Origin: Gemmatimonadota bacterium
GTDB taxonomy: Bacteria; Gemmatimonadota; Gemmatimonadetes; Palauibacterales; Palauibacteraceae
DNA length: 40,419 nucleotides
Direction: 5' to 3'
Assembly: GCA_039590285.1 (NCBI GenBank)
Contig: JBDHFS010000002.1
Coordinates: 1-40,419, forward strand
This document shows positions 24,827 through 32,282 of the stretch, one piece after another. Positions within the stretch are counted from its first letter, which is position 1. The number at the start of each line of letters is the position of its first letter. The notes beneath the pieces were generated by a model. The model was given only the letters and a program-made list of their open reading frames with translations, made no database searches and was not told the DNA's origin. Position numbers and translations under genes: made by a program.

Positions 24827-27235
24827 GTGACCTCTGGTCGGTCCTCCGCTCTCATCTGCTCGGGTCAGCCGAATGTCGCCGTCGACCTCGAGCGGGAGCT
24901 GGGCGAACTCGGGGTAGAGACGGTCGTGGCTTCGTGTCGCGAAGATTGGCCCTCCGACGCCCCCGGAGTCGCCTTCATGGACCTGGCCGATCTGGATCAA
25001 CCGGTTCGTGCCGCCCGGCTCGCCTTCGGCCCCGCCACAGAGCTGATCGCGATAGTTGACAACGAGTCAGTCGACCGTTTAATTGCCGCCCTGGCAGCTG
25101 GTTGCGGTGATTACCTCTTCTATCCTCTCAATGCGGACGAGCTGGGTCTGAAGTGGCGCCGGCACGTGGCGGGAGAGGGCGGAACGCGCGCCCGACGGCC
25201 CGAGAGCCTCGCAGGGCGTCTGAATCTCGAATTCCCGTCTGACGTGAGCTTCGTCCGGGACGCGGTCGACGAGGTCGTGGAGGCGTGTGAACGACTCGCC
25301 TTTTCGGGCTCGCGAGCCACGCTCAATCTCAGGGTGGCCGTCGGCGAGGCCGTGTCAAACGCCATCCTGTACGGGAATCGGGAGGATCCGACGAGGCTGG
25401 TCAGAGTCTCGGCAGCCTTCGGAGCCGGCCTGGCCGAGGTTACCGTGACGGACGAGGGTTCGGGTTTCGATCCAGGCGCCGTCGCCGATCCGACTCGTCC
25501 TGAGAACAGAGGCCGCAGTCACGGACGTGGCCTCTTCCTCCTTCGGTCCCTGGCGGACGCCGTCCGATTCAACGAGCGCGGCAACTCCATCACCCTGTCC
25601 CTCAGAGACGACTCGGTGGAGGCGACAGCCCGCCACCTGGGCGCATCTCGGGCCGGAGCTGGAGTACGGGCCGAGGTCTCTGAAGTGTCGCGAGCCATCC
25701 GGCGCGCCGAGGGACCCATTCGAAGCGACAGGCTCGAGGATTTCCTCGGGAGCTTTCAGCGGCTCACGGGCCTGCGGTTTCGCCTGCTGCTCGAGGGGCC
25801 GGAGAAGACCATCTCGCTCCACGATTCCCTCGGAGACGCACGTGATGTCGAGTACACGGAATCGAGCTGGCCCGTGATGCCGTCCGTCCGCCTGCGCCTG
25901 GCGGCGGCTCCAGCGTCCGGCAACGAAGGACGTGTACTGGTGGCCCTGTTGCGAGAGTCCGCCAGCCGCCTGGTAGCATCGGAACGGGAAGCCCGCTTCT
26001 TCGCCGGCGAGCTTTCGGATCGCTACGAGGAGATCGAGTTGCTCACGTCCGCGGGCGAGACGCTGGGCTCCATCATACATCTCGAGCGCGCGGCGGGCCG
26101 GCTCCTCGAGCGGCTGGCCGCTGTCCTGGAGGCAGATCTGGCGGTGGTGTGGGTGCCACGAGAAGACGGCGCCACGGTCGATCTGCTCGCGTTCGGCGGT
26201 GACTTGGATCCGCAGGCCGAGCCGACCGTCTCTCCGCACGACGAGGAGATCATCCAGCAGGTGCTGCGCACGCAAGTGGCTCAGGTAGGGAAGAGCCACG
26301 GAGCGGCTGAGCAGGGGACGGATCGCGCGGTTCTGGCTGTCCCGCTCAGACACTCGGCCCTGCACGGGAGCACGCTCCCCGTCGGGATACTCACCGTCAG
26401 GGGTCGCCCGGGCAGGAACACGTTCACCCAGGCCGAAGTGAACCTGGCCGCCACTGTAGCCTCGCACCTCGCCGCCGCGATCGAGAATGGACGGCTGGTC
26501 CGCGAGAGTCTCGTCCAGGAGCGCATGCTCGTGGAGCTGGAACTCGCCCACCACCTCCAGATGAAGCTCCTTCCGGACCTGGAGGACTTCGAGGGGGTGG
26601 CGGATGTCGCAGCCCGGTGCGAGCCCGCAGATTCCGTGGGGGGAGATTTCTATCACCTGTTCCGGCTTCCCGGCGACCGACTCGGTGTCATGCTGGGTGA
26701 CGTGAGTTCACACGGCTATTCGGCCGGCCTGATCATGGCGTTGACCATGAGTGCGGCATCGATCACCGTTCGCGAGAAAGAGGAGCCCGCGGATGTGCTT
26801 CGCGGCATTCACCACGAGTTGGTCCGGAAACTCGAATCGACCGAAATGTACATGACCCTCTGCTACGCGGTTCTGGATCCTGTCGCGGGGAGAATTCGGT
26901 ACGCCAATGCGGGTCATCCCCACGCGTTCCGTATCAACGCCGGGGGCATCCGTCGCCTCGAGGCCCTGAATCCGCCGCTCGGCATCGCCGAGTTCGACTC
27001 ATACTCCCAGCGGGACCTGGAGTGGGCCCCCGGTCGCGACATGCTCCTCATGTTCACCGATGGAGTGAGCGAGTGCCTGGAAACCGACCGCATGTGGTCG
27101 GACGAGCGCCTGACCCGCATGGCGATGGCCCGTTCCGGGGGCACCGCCCAGGAGGTGCTCGACCGGGTCTTCGAGCTCGCGTCGGCTCCCGAGGGCGTGG
27201 CGGCAGACGACCGTACTGCGCTCGTGGTCAAGTGA
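24827..27235 (+). CDS. Fused partner-switching enzyme: degenerate receiver domain + RsbW/SpoIIAB-type serine kinase (HATPase) + unassigned region + GAF + PP2C (SpoIIE/RsbU-type) phosphatase
   Basis: aa 7-113 are receiver-like but lack the N-terminal acidic pair, and YP replaces KP. aa 135-258 carry the kinase N-box EAVSNAILYG, G1 TDEGSGFD and G2 GRGLFLL. aa 400-557 are GAF-like. aa 575-802 are PP2C (GGDFYHLF, GDVSSHG, MFTDGVSE, DDRTALVV). GTG start 4 nt after the STAS stop. Confidence 0.88.
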   Translation: MTSGRSSALICSGQPNVAVDLERELGELGVETVVASCREDWPSDAPGVAFMDLADLDQPVRAARLAFGPATELIAIVDNESVDRLIAALAAGCGDYLFYPLNADELGLKWRRHVAGEGGTRARRPESLAGRLNLEFPSDVSFVRDAVDEVVEACERLAFSGSRATLNLRVAVGEAVSNAILYGNREDPTRLVRVSAAFGAGLAEVTVTDEGSGFDPGAVADPTRPENRGRSHGRGLFLLRSLADAVRFNERGNSITLSLRDDSVEATARHLGASRAGAGVRAEVSEVSRAIRRAEGPIRSDRLEDFLGSFQRLTGLRFRLLLEGPEKTISLHDSLGDARDVEYTESSWPVMPSVRLRLAAAPASGNEGRVLVALLRESASRLVASEREARFFAGELSDRYEEIELLTSAGETLGSIIHLERAAGRLLERLAAVLEADLAVVWVPREDGATVDLLAFGGDLDPQAEPTVSPHDEEIIQQVLRTQVAQVGKSHGAAEQGTDRAVLAVPLRHSALHGSTLPVGILTVRGRPGRNTFTQAEVNLAATVASHLAAAIENGRLVRESLVQERMLVELELAHHLQMKLLPDLEDFEGVADVAARCEPADSVGGDFYHLFRLPGDRLGVMLGDVSSHGYSAGLIMALTMSAASITVREKEEPADVLRGIHHELVRKLESTEMYMTLCYAVLDPVAGRIRYANAGHPHAFRINAGGIRRLEALNPPLGIAEFDSYSQRDLEWAPGRDMLLMFTDGVSECLETDRMWSDERLTRMAMARSGGTAQEVLDRVFELASAPEGVAADDRTALVVK

Positions 27236-27239
27236 GGCC

Positions 27240-28040
27240 GTGGTCTACGCCAAGCGATCGCTGAGCCAGAACTTCCTCATCGATCCGAATATCAGGCGCA
27301 AGCTCGTCGCGGAGCTGGCGGCGGGTGAGGACGATGCGGTGCTGGAGGTCGGGCCAGGGCACGGGGAGCTGAGCGATCTACTGGCAGGTCGAGTGGCCGA
27401 TCTGGCTCTCGTGGAGAAGGACGATCGGCTTGCGGCCGATCTGGTCCGCCGGTTCGCCGGCCGAGATGACGTCCGGGTGTTGCACGCCGACGCTCTGGAT
27501 GTCGACCTCGCCGCTCTCCTCGGATCGTCGGGGCGGACGGGCCACGTCATCTCGAATCTGCCGTACGCCATCACATCTCCGTTGATCTTCAGGTTCCTGG
27601 AGATTCGGCCCCCTCCCAAGCGAATGGTGCTTTTGGTGCAGAGGGAAGTCGCCGATCGGATCGTCGCTTCGCCCGGAGGGCGCACATATGGAGCTCTCTC
27701 CGTAGGTGTCCAGGCCAGGGCACGGTCAAGAATCGCATTCGGGGTGGGCCGTCGGGCCTTTCGACCTATCCCGGCCGTCGACTCGGCCGCGGTGGTCATC
27801 GAGCCGAGGCCCGACTCGCCGACGCCGGCGGAGCTGGAGCGCCTGAGGACGTTGACTCGGGTGGCCTTCTCGCGACGGCGTAAGCAGCTGCGAAGGATCC
27901 TCCGGTCCGCGCCGGAATACTCCCTGTCGCTCGCAGAGGCCGACCTGGTCCTGGGAGAAATCGGGATCGCGCCCGATTCCAGGCCCGAGACCCTCACACC
28001 AGAGGAATTCGTCCTCCTGTCGGGCCGCCTGGGGCCCTGA
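27240..28040 (+). CDS. rsmA: 16S rRNA (adenine1518/1519-N6)-dimethyltransferase
   Basis: KRSLSQNFLIDPNI, VLEVGPGHGELS and VISNLPYAITSP (KsgA/RsmA family). GTG start. Confidence 0.93.
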   Translation: MVYAKRSLSQNFLIDPNIRRKLVAELAAGEDDAVLEVGPGHGELSDLLAGRVADLALVEKDDRLAADLVRRFAGRDDVRVLHADALDVDLAALLGSSGRTGHVISNLPYAITSPLIFRFLEIRPPPKRMVLLVQREVADRIVASPGGRTYGALSVGVQARARSRIAFGVGRRAFRPIPAVDSAAVVIEPRPDSPTPAELERLRTLTRVAFSRRRKQLRRILRSAPEYSLSLAEADLVLGEIGIAPDSRPETLTPEEFVLLSGRLGP

Positions 28041-28059
28041 GCGAGGTTCGGCGCCCGTG

Positions 28060-28088
28060 TTGAGATCGTCGTCGTGTCGGTGTATGTT
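28060..28088 (+). promoter_or_regulatory. Sigma70-like promoter for rex: -35 TTGAGA, 17-nt spacer, -10 TATGTT
   Basis: Read directly: TTGAGA at 28060-28065, a 17-nt spacer, and TATGTT at 28083-28088. It lies in the 75-nt gap between the rsmA stop and the rex ATG. Confidence 0.45.
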
Positions 28089-28089
28089 C

Positions 28090-28107
28090 TTGTGACCACT
28101 TTCACAA
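28090..28107 (+). promoter_or_regulatory. Rex operator (ROP box) TTGTGACCACTTTCACAA
   Basis: 17 of 18 positions fit the TTGTGAA-N4-TTCACAA template (13 of the 14 specified half-site bases). The box sits immediately after the -10 element and 8 nt before the rex ATG. Confidence 0.6.
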
Positions 28108-28115
28108 GCGGGCTG

Positions 28116-28763
28116 ATGACGACACGCAAGATCTCCGATTCCACGGTCAGGCGCCTGTCGACGTACCTGCGGCGACTCAGAGAGCTCGACCGCAGCGGCG
28201 GGTCCGTCGTATCCAGCAGTGAGCTGGCCGAAGGGAGCGGCACGACAGCGGCTCAGGTACGCAAGGACCTCAGTCACTTCGGCTCGTTCGGCAAGCGCGG
28301 GCACGGCTACTCGGTGACAGCCCTCCGGTTTGCGTTGGAGGAGATCCTGGGTCTCACGAACCGGTGGCGGGTCGCCGTGATCGGCGTGGGGAAGATTGGA
28401 TCCGCCCTCCTCGGGTACGGTTTCTTCGCCCAACGGGGGTTCGACATCGTCGTCGCCTTCGACTCGGATTCGGCGAAGGTGGGTCGCGACATGGGCGGCG
28501 TCCTGGTAAAGCCGATGGAAGAGCTCGAACCGGAGTTCGAGGCGCAGGATATATCGATCGCCATCATCGCCACTCCGCCCGAGGAGGCCCAGCAGACGGC
28601 CGAGCGGGCCGTTCAGGCCGGGGCCAGCGCTATCCTGAATTTCGCTCCGATCAAACTGGATGTCCCGGACGGAGTGGCCGCGCGTACTATGGACGTCACG
28701 CTGGAGCTCGAGGGTCTGTGTTATTTGGTTACGGCGGCCGGCGCCGGGCTTGGGGAAAGGTGA
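28116..28763 (+). CDS. rex: Redox-sensing transcriptional repressor Rex
   Basis: KISDSTVRRLSTYLRRL, VSSSELAEGSGTTAAQVRKDLSHFGSFGKRGHGYSV, and the Rossmann motif VAVIGVGKIGSALLGY. I prefer the ATG at 28116 because the promoter and operator occupy the upstream part of the track ORF. Confidence 0.92.
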   Translation: MTTRKISDSTVRRLSTYLRRLRELDRSGGSVVSSSELAEGSGTTAAQVRKDLSHFGSFGKRGHGYSVTALRFALEEILGLTNRWRVAVIGVGKIGSALLGYGFFAQRGFDIVVAFDSDSAKVGRDMGGVLVKPMEELEPEFEAQDISIAIIATPPEEAQQTAERAVQAGASAILNFAPIKLDVPDGVAARTMDVTLELEGLCYLVTAAGAGLGER

Positions 28764-29977
28764 TGCTGGGGGTCCACAGCGAGATCGGACGACTCGTCTC
28801 CGTGGTGTGCCATTCGCCGGGGCCGGAGTTGGCCATCGTGACACCTGCCAACCGGGCCGACTACCTGTTCGACGACATTCTGGATCTCGAGATGGCGCGC
28901 CGGGAGCACCGTCGCTTCACGTCCATCTTGTCGCGGTTCGCGACGGTCCGCGAGGTACTGGACCTCATGGTCGACGTCCTTCGGATTCCTGAGGCGCGGC
29001 GATACCTGATCGAGCACTCGGGTGGCGCGATCGGAGCCCGGGCGGCGGCAGGGCCGGAGGAGATCGCGAGACTGTTCGTGGAGGGAGAGGAGACGTCGGG
29101 AGGGAGCCTCGCGAGCCTCGTGAACGAGGCTGGGTACGCCCTCCCCCCGCTGCCCAACCTCTTCTTCACGCGCGATTCGGCCGCCGTGATCGGTCACCAC
29201 GTCATGGTGGCTTCCATGAAGCACGAGGTTCGCTGGAGCGAGGAGATCCTGGCGTGGACCCTCTTCCGGGCCCACCCGGAACTCACGAGCGCGGGCATTC
29301 TCTTCGACGGGGCGCACGAGCGCCGGCTCAACGTCCGCCTCGAAGGAGGCGATGTGCACGTCCTCAGACGGGATCTGCTCGCAGTCGGAATGTCGGAGCG
29401 GACGACGGCGGCCGGGATCGACGCTCTGGCGGAAGAGCTGTTTCGGGACACGGACATCTCCGACATTCTGGTGATCCTGATGCCGTCCCACAGAGCGGCC
29501 ATCCATCTCGACATGATCTTTACGATGCTGGACCGAGACTTGTGCTGCGTCTATCCACCATTCTTCATGGGCCCGACGCGGCTGCCGGTGCTTCACGTTC
29601 GAAAGGGCAGCGCCGGGGTCTCCGAGGCGTCCAGCCTGTTCCACGCTCTCGAAGACCTGGGTTTGCCTCTCACTCCACTGCCGTGCGGCGGAGAGCGTCG
29701 GACGATTCAGGACCGGGAGCAGTGGTCGAGCGGGTGCAATTTTTTCGCGGTCGGGCCGGGCCAGGTCCTGGCGTACGACAGGAACGAGCATACGCTGGAA
29801 GCGTTGGCGGAGGGAGGCGGATTCCGAATCGTCCAGGGGGATGACTTCCTCAGCGGAGAAGAGAAGATAGGGGCGGACGAGAGATTCGTGATCGGTTTCG
29901 AAGGAACCGAGCTCGTGCGAGGAGGTGGAGGTCCGCGGTGCATGACCATGCCCCTGATGCGCGAGGAGTTGACGTGA
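28763..29977 (+). CDS. arcA: Arginine deiminase
   Basis: VHSEIGRLVSVVCHSPG, LPNLFFTRDSAAVIG, AIHLDMIFTMLDRD and the catalytic-Cys block RGGGGPRCMTMPL. TGATG overlap with the rex stop. The 28364 track start is an out-of-frame run over rex. Confidence 0.9.
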   Translation: MLGVHSEIGRLVSVVCHSPGPELAIVTPANRADYLFDDILDLEMARREHRRFTSILSRFATVREVLDLMVDVLRIPEARRYLIEHSGGAIGARAAAGPEEIARLFVEGEETSGGSLASLVNEAGYALPPLPNLFFTRDSAAVIGHHVMVASMKHEVRWSEEILAWTLFRAHPELTSAGILFDGAHERRLNVRLEGGDVHVLRRDLLAVGMSERTTAAGIDALAEELFRDTDISDILVILMPSHRAAIHLDMIFTMLDRDLCCVYPPFFMGPTRLPVLHVRKGSAGVSEASSLFHALEDLGLPLTPLPCGGERRTIQDREQWSSGCNFFAVGPGQVLAYDRNEHTLEALAEGGGFRIVQGDDFLSGEEKIGADERFVIGFEGTELVRGGGGPRCMTMPLMREELT

Positions 29978-30837
29978 GCTCGGACGGGCTCCGTTTCGCG
30001 CCGCACTCGCCTCTGGTGCAGCGGGCGATAGAGGCCGTGGGCAGATCTCCCATACCCACCGATGCGCTCGCGCGAGAGTTGTTCGGGCTGCGCCACGCTC
30101 CGCCGGGCCTCGCTTCACGCCTGGTCTTCGATCTACTGGGAGAGGATCGTCGATTTGCCGTCGATTCGGGTGGTGTGTGGCGGCTCTCGTCGATTCGACA
30201 GGATCCGCGTAGAACAACCGTGCTCGAGACCTCGTTCGCCGTCGTGGATGTGGAGACGACCGGCAGCTCGGTCGGGCGCGGAGCTCGTATCGTGGAGTTC
30301 TCAGCGGTGCTCATCGACCGGGGGACGGTGAGTGGTGAGTACACGACACTCGTGAACCCGGACGCCTGGATCCCGGCGTGGGTCACGCGGTTGACGGGCA
30401 TCGAGCCTGAGATGGTCGAGAGCGCTCCCCGGTTCCGGGACATCGCCTCGCGTGTGCGAGAGCACCTCGAGGGTCGCGTGTTCGTGGCGCACAACGTCTC
30501 GTTCGATTGGCGTTTCGTGGCCGAGGAGATGCGTCTGGCGCACTCCGTCATGCCGGAGGGGGCACGTCTGTGCACGGTGAAGCTCGCGCGTCGTGCGCTT
30601 CCGGGCTTGCGGCGGCGGGGTCTGGACTCGCTGGCGCGCTACTATGATCTGACGATCGAGCAACGGCACCGGGCGGGCGACGACGCCCGAGCCACGGCGA
30701 CGATACTTCTCCGAATGCTGGAGGCGGCCGATCGGCAGGGCATTCGCTATTGGGACCAGCTGCTCGCTTGGGTCGCGGGTCACCCAGTCGCCCCCGTGGC
30801 AGGTGACGGAGACCTACAAGGGAGGATGCGTGCCTGA
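29974..30837 (+). CDS. DEDDh 3'-5' exonuclease (DnaQ/epsilon-like domain) with a ~75-aa N-terminal extension
   Basis: ExoI FAVVDVETTG, ExoII VFVAHNVSFDWRF and ExoIII HRAGDDARATA. GTG 29974 forms a GTGA overlap with the arcA stop. An alternative GTG lies at 29938. Confidence 0.85.
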   Translation: MSSDGLRFAPHSPLVQRAIEAVGRSPIPTDALARELFGLRHAPPGLASRLVFDLLGEDRRFAVDSGGVWRLSSIRQDPRRTTVLETSFAVVDVETTGSSVGRGARIVEFSAVLIDRGTVSGEYTTLVNPDAWIPAWVTRLTGIEPEMVESAPRFRDIASRVREHLEGRVFVAHNVSFDWRFVAEEMRLAHSVMPEGARLCTVKLARRALPGLRRRGLDSLARYYDLTIEQRHRAGDDARATATILLRMLEAADRQGIRYWDQLLAWVAGHPVAPVAGDGDLQGRMRA

Positions 30838-31738
30838 CGTCCCCGCTCTCGAGGGAAGCCGGGCCCGTGTGCGGGCGATCGACGCAGGCAGTCTATGGCT
30901 CGATGGGGGAGCGATGTTCGGGGTCGTACCCAAACCGCTGTGGAGCCGGAGCGCTCCGCCGGACGCACGGAACCGGGTACCGCTCGCCATGCGTTGCCTT
31001 CTGGTGGAAACCGACAACGCCAAGGTCCTGGTCGACACTGGCCTGGGCAACAAAGAGAGCACCAGGTTTCACGAGATATACGGGGTGAAGAACCAGGGCC
31101 AGCCGACGCGTCTCGAGACTTCTCTGGGGGCGATCGGCGTTCGGCCGGAGGAGATAGACATCGTCGTTTGCACGCACCTGCATTTCGATCATGCCGGCGG
31201 CGGTACCACGAGAGAAGAGAGTGGGGTGAGGCCCGCCTTTCCCCGGGCTCGCTACGTGATTCGCCGAGGGGAATACGAATTCGCCCGAATCGACAACGAA
31301 CGGATCCGGGCCAGCTACATGGAATCCAACTTCGAGCCCCTGATCCAGGCGGGCTGCGTGGACCTGGTGGATGACGATATCGAGGTGACGCCGGGTGTCG
31401 GCGTGATGCATACTCCCGGCCACACGCCGTATCACCAGTCGGTTTGGGTCGATCTGGGGCCGGAGCGCTTGCTGTTTCTGGCGGACCTGGTTCCGACTCG
31501 GGCCCACCTGCCGCTGCCCTGGATCATGGGATACGACATCGAGCCGCTCGTTACCCTGGCGAGCAAGAAGGCGATCCTCGGAAGAGCTCTTGAGGAAGGC
31601 TGGTGGCTGGCTTTCGAGCACGATCCCTTCGTGTCGTGGGGTCGGGCGGCGGAGCCAACCGAGGGACGGGCCGGAGTGCGGCTCGTCGACGAAGTGGAAC
31701 ATCCGCTGGTGGACGAAGCGACCACGCCGGAGCGCTGA
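30830..31738 (+). CDS. MBL-fold metallo-hydrolase
   Basis: HLHFDHAGG (HxHxDH) and HTPGHTPYH. GTG 30830 follows AAGGGAGGA at good spacing and overlaps the exonuclease stop by 8 nt. The track start is 30803. Confidence 0.85.
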   Translation: MPDVPALEGSRARVRAIDAGSLWLDGGAMFGVVPKPLWSRSAPPDARNRVPLAMRCLLVETDNAKVLVDTGLGNKESTRFHEIYGVKNQGQPTRLETSLGAIGVRPEEIDIVVCTHLHFDHAGGGTTREESGVRPAFPRARYVIRRGEYEFARIDNERIRASYMESNFEPLIQAGCVDLVDDDIEVTPGVGVMHTPGHTPYHQSVWVDLGPERLLFLADLVPTRAHLPLPWIMGYDIEPLVTLASKKAILGRALEEGWWLAFEHDPFVSWGRAAEPTEGRAGVRLVDEVEHPLVDEATTPER

Positions 31739-31802
31739 CGTGACGGGCGCGACGTTCCCGCACGTCCGCCTCCCTGCGGACCGGACGAAGGGGGAGGGTG
31801 AC

Positions 31803-32282
31803 ATGAAGCGAATCACGATGGCGGTGCTCGCCATGTGCTCGTTGCTCTCGGCACGCGCGCCCGCCGTGCAGGCTCAGGATGCGGAGGAAGAGGTGCTGCG
31901 GGTGGTGAGCGCGCTCTTCGACGCGATGCGGGCTGCTGATTCGGCGGCGGTCCGAAAGCTGTTCCACCCGGAGCTCGGGATGATGGCCAGCTCGGCGTCA
32001 CGAGGCGGTGTGGCCGGGGTCGTATTCGGGAACATGGAACGGTTCATGGATGCGGTCGGCGGCGCCGAGCCGGGCGCGTTCGATGAGCGGATCGGCGCTC
32101 CGGACATGAGGATCGATGACAACCTCGCGACGGTGGTTACCCCCTACGCGTTTTACCATAACGGCAACCTCTCGCATTGCGGCGTCAACGTCTTTCAGAT
32201 CGCCCGGGTGGGCGACGAATGGAAGATCGTCGGCCTGGCCGACACGCGGCGCAGGCAGGGGTGTGAGGAGTGGTTGAAATGA
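31803..32282 (+). CDS. Secreted NTF2-like (SnoaL/DUF4440-type) protein
   Basis: ATG 31803 follows AAGGGGGAGG. Signal peptide MKRITMAVLAMCSLLSARAPAVQA. The mature part has an NTF2-like pattern (VVSALFDAMRAADSAAVRKLFHP ... DEWKIVG). The family call rests on pattern only. Confidence 0.65.
   Translation: MKRITMAVLAMCSLLSARAPAVQAQDAEEEVLRVVSALFDAMRAADSAAVRKLFHPELGMMASSASRGGVAGVVFGNMERFMDAVGGAEPGAFDERIGAPDMRIDDNLATVVTPYAFYHNGNLSHCGVNVFQIARVGDEWKIVGLADTRRRQGCEEWLK

Noticed and set aside
25355-26656. 433-aa ORF antisense to the fused kinase/phosphatase gene
   Set aside because: The product is Arg/Gly/Pro-rich with no recognisable motifs. It lies entirely opposite a strongly supported CDS. Long antisense ORFs are expected at this GC content.
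27245-28844. 332-aa and 372-aa minus-strand ORFs opposite rsmA and rex
   Set aside because: They lie antisense to motif-supported genes and show no recognisable domains, so they are high-GC artefacts.
28763-29977. Reading arcA as part of a classical arcABC(D) arginine deiminase pathway operon
   Set aside because: No ornithine carbamoyltransferase, carbamate kinase or antiporter genes are present in the window. Only the deiminase can be supported.
28721-30217. 498-aa ORF antisense to arcA and the exonuclease gene
   Set aside because: It has the same off-frame composition (R/P/A/G rich), matches no family and overlaps two well-supported + strand genes.
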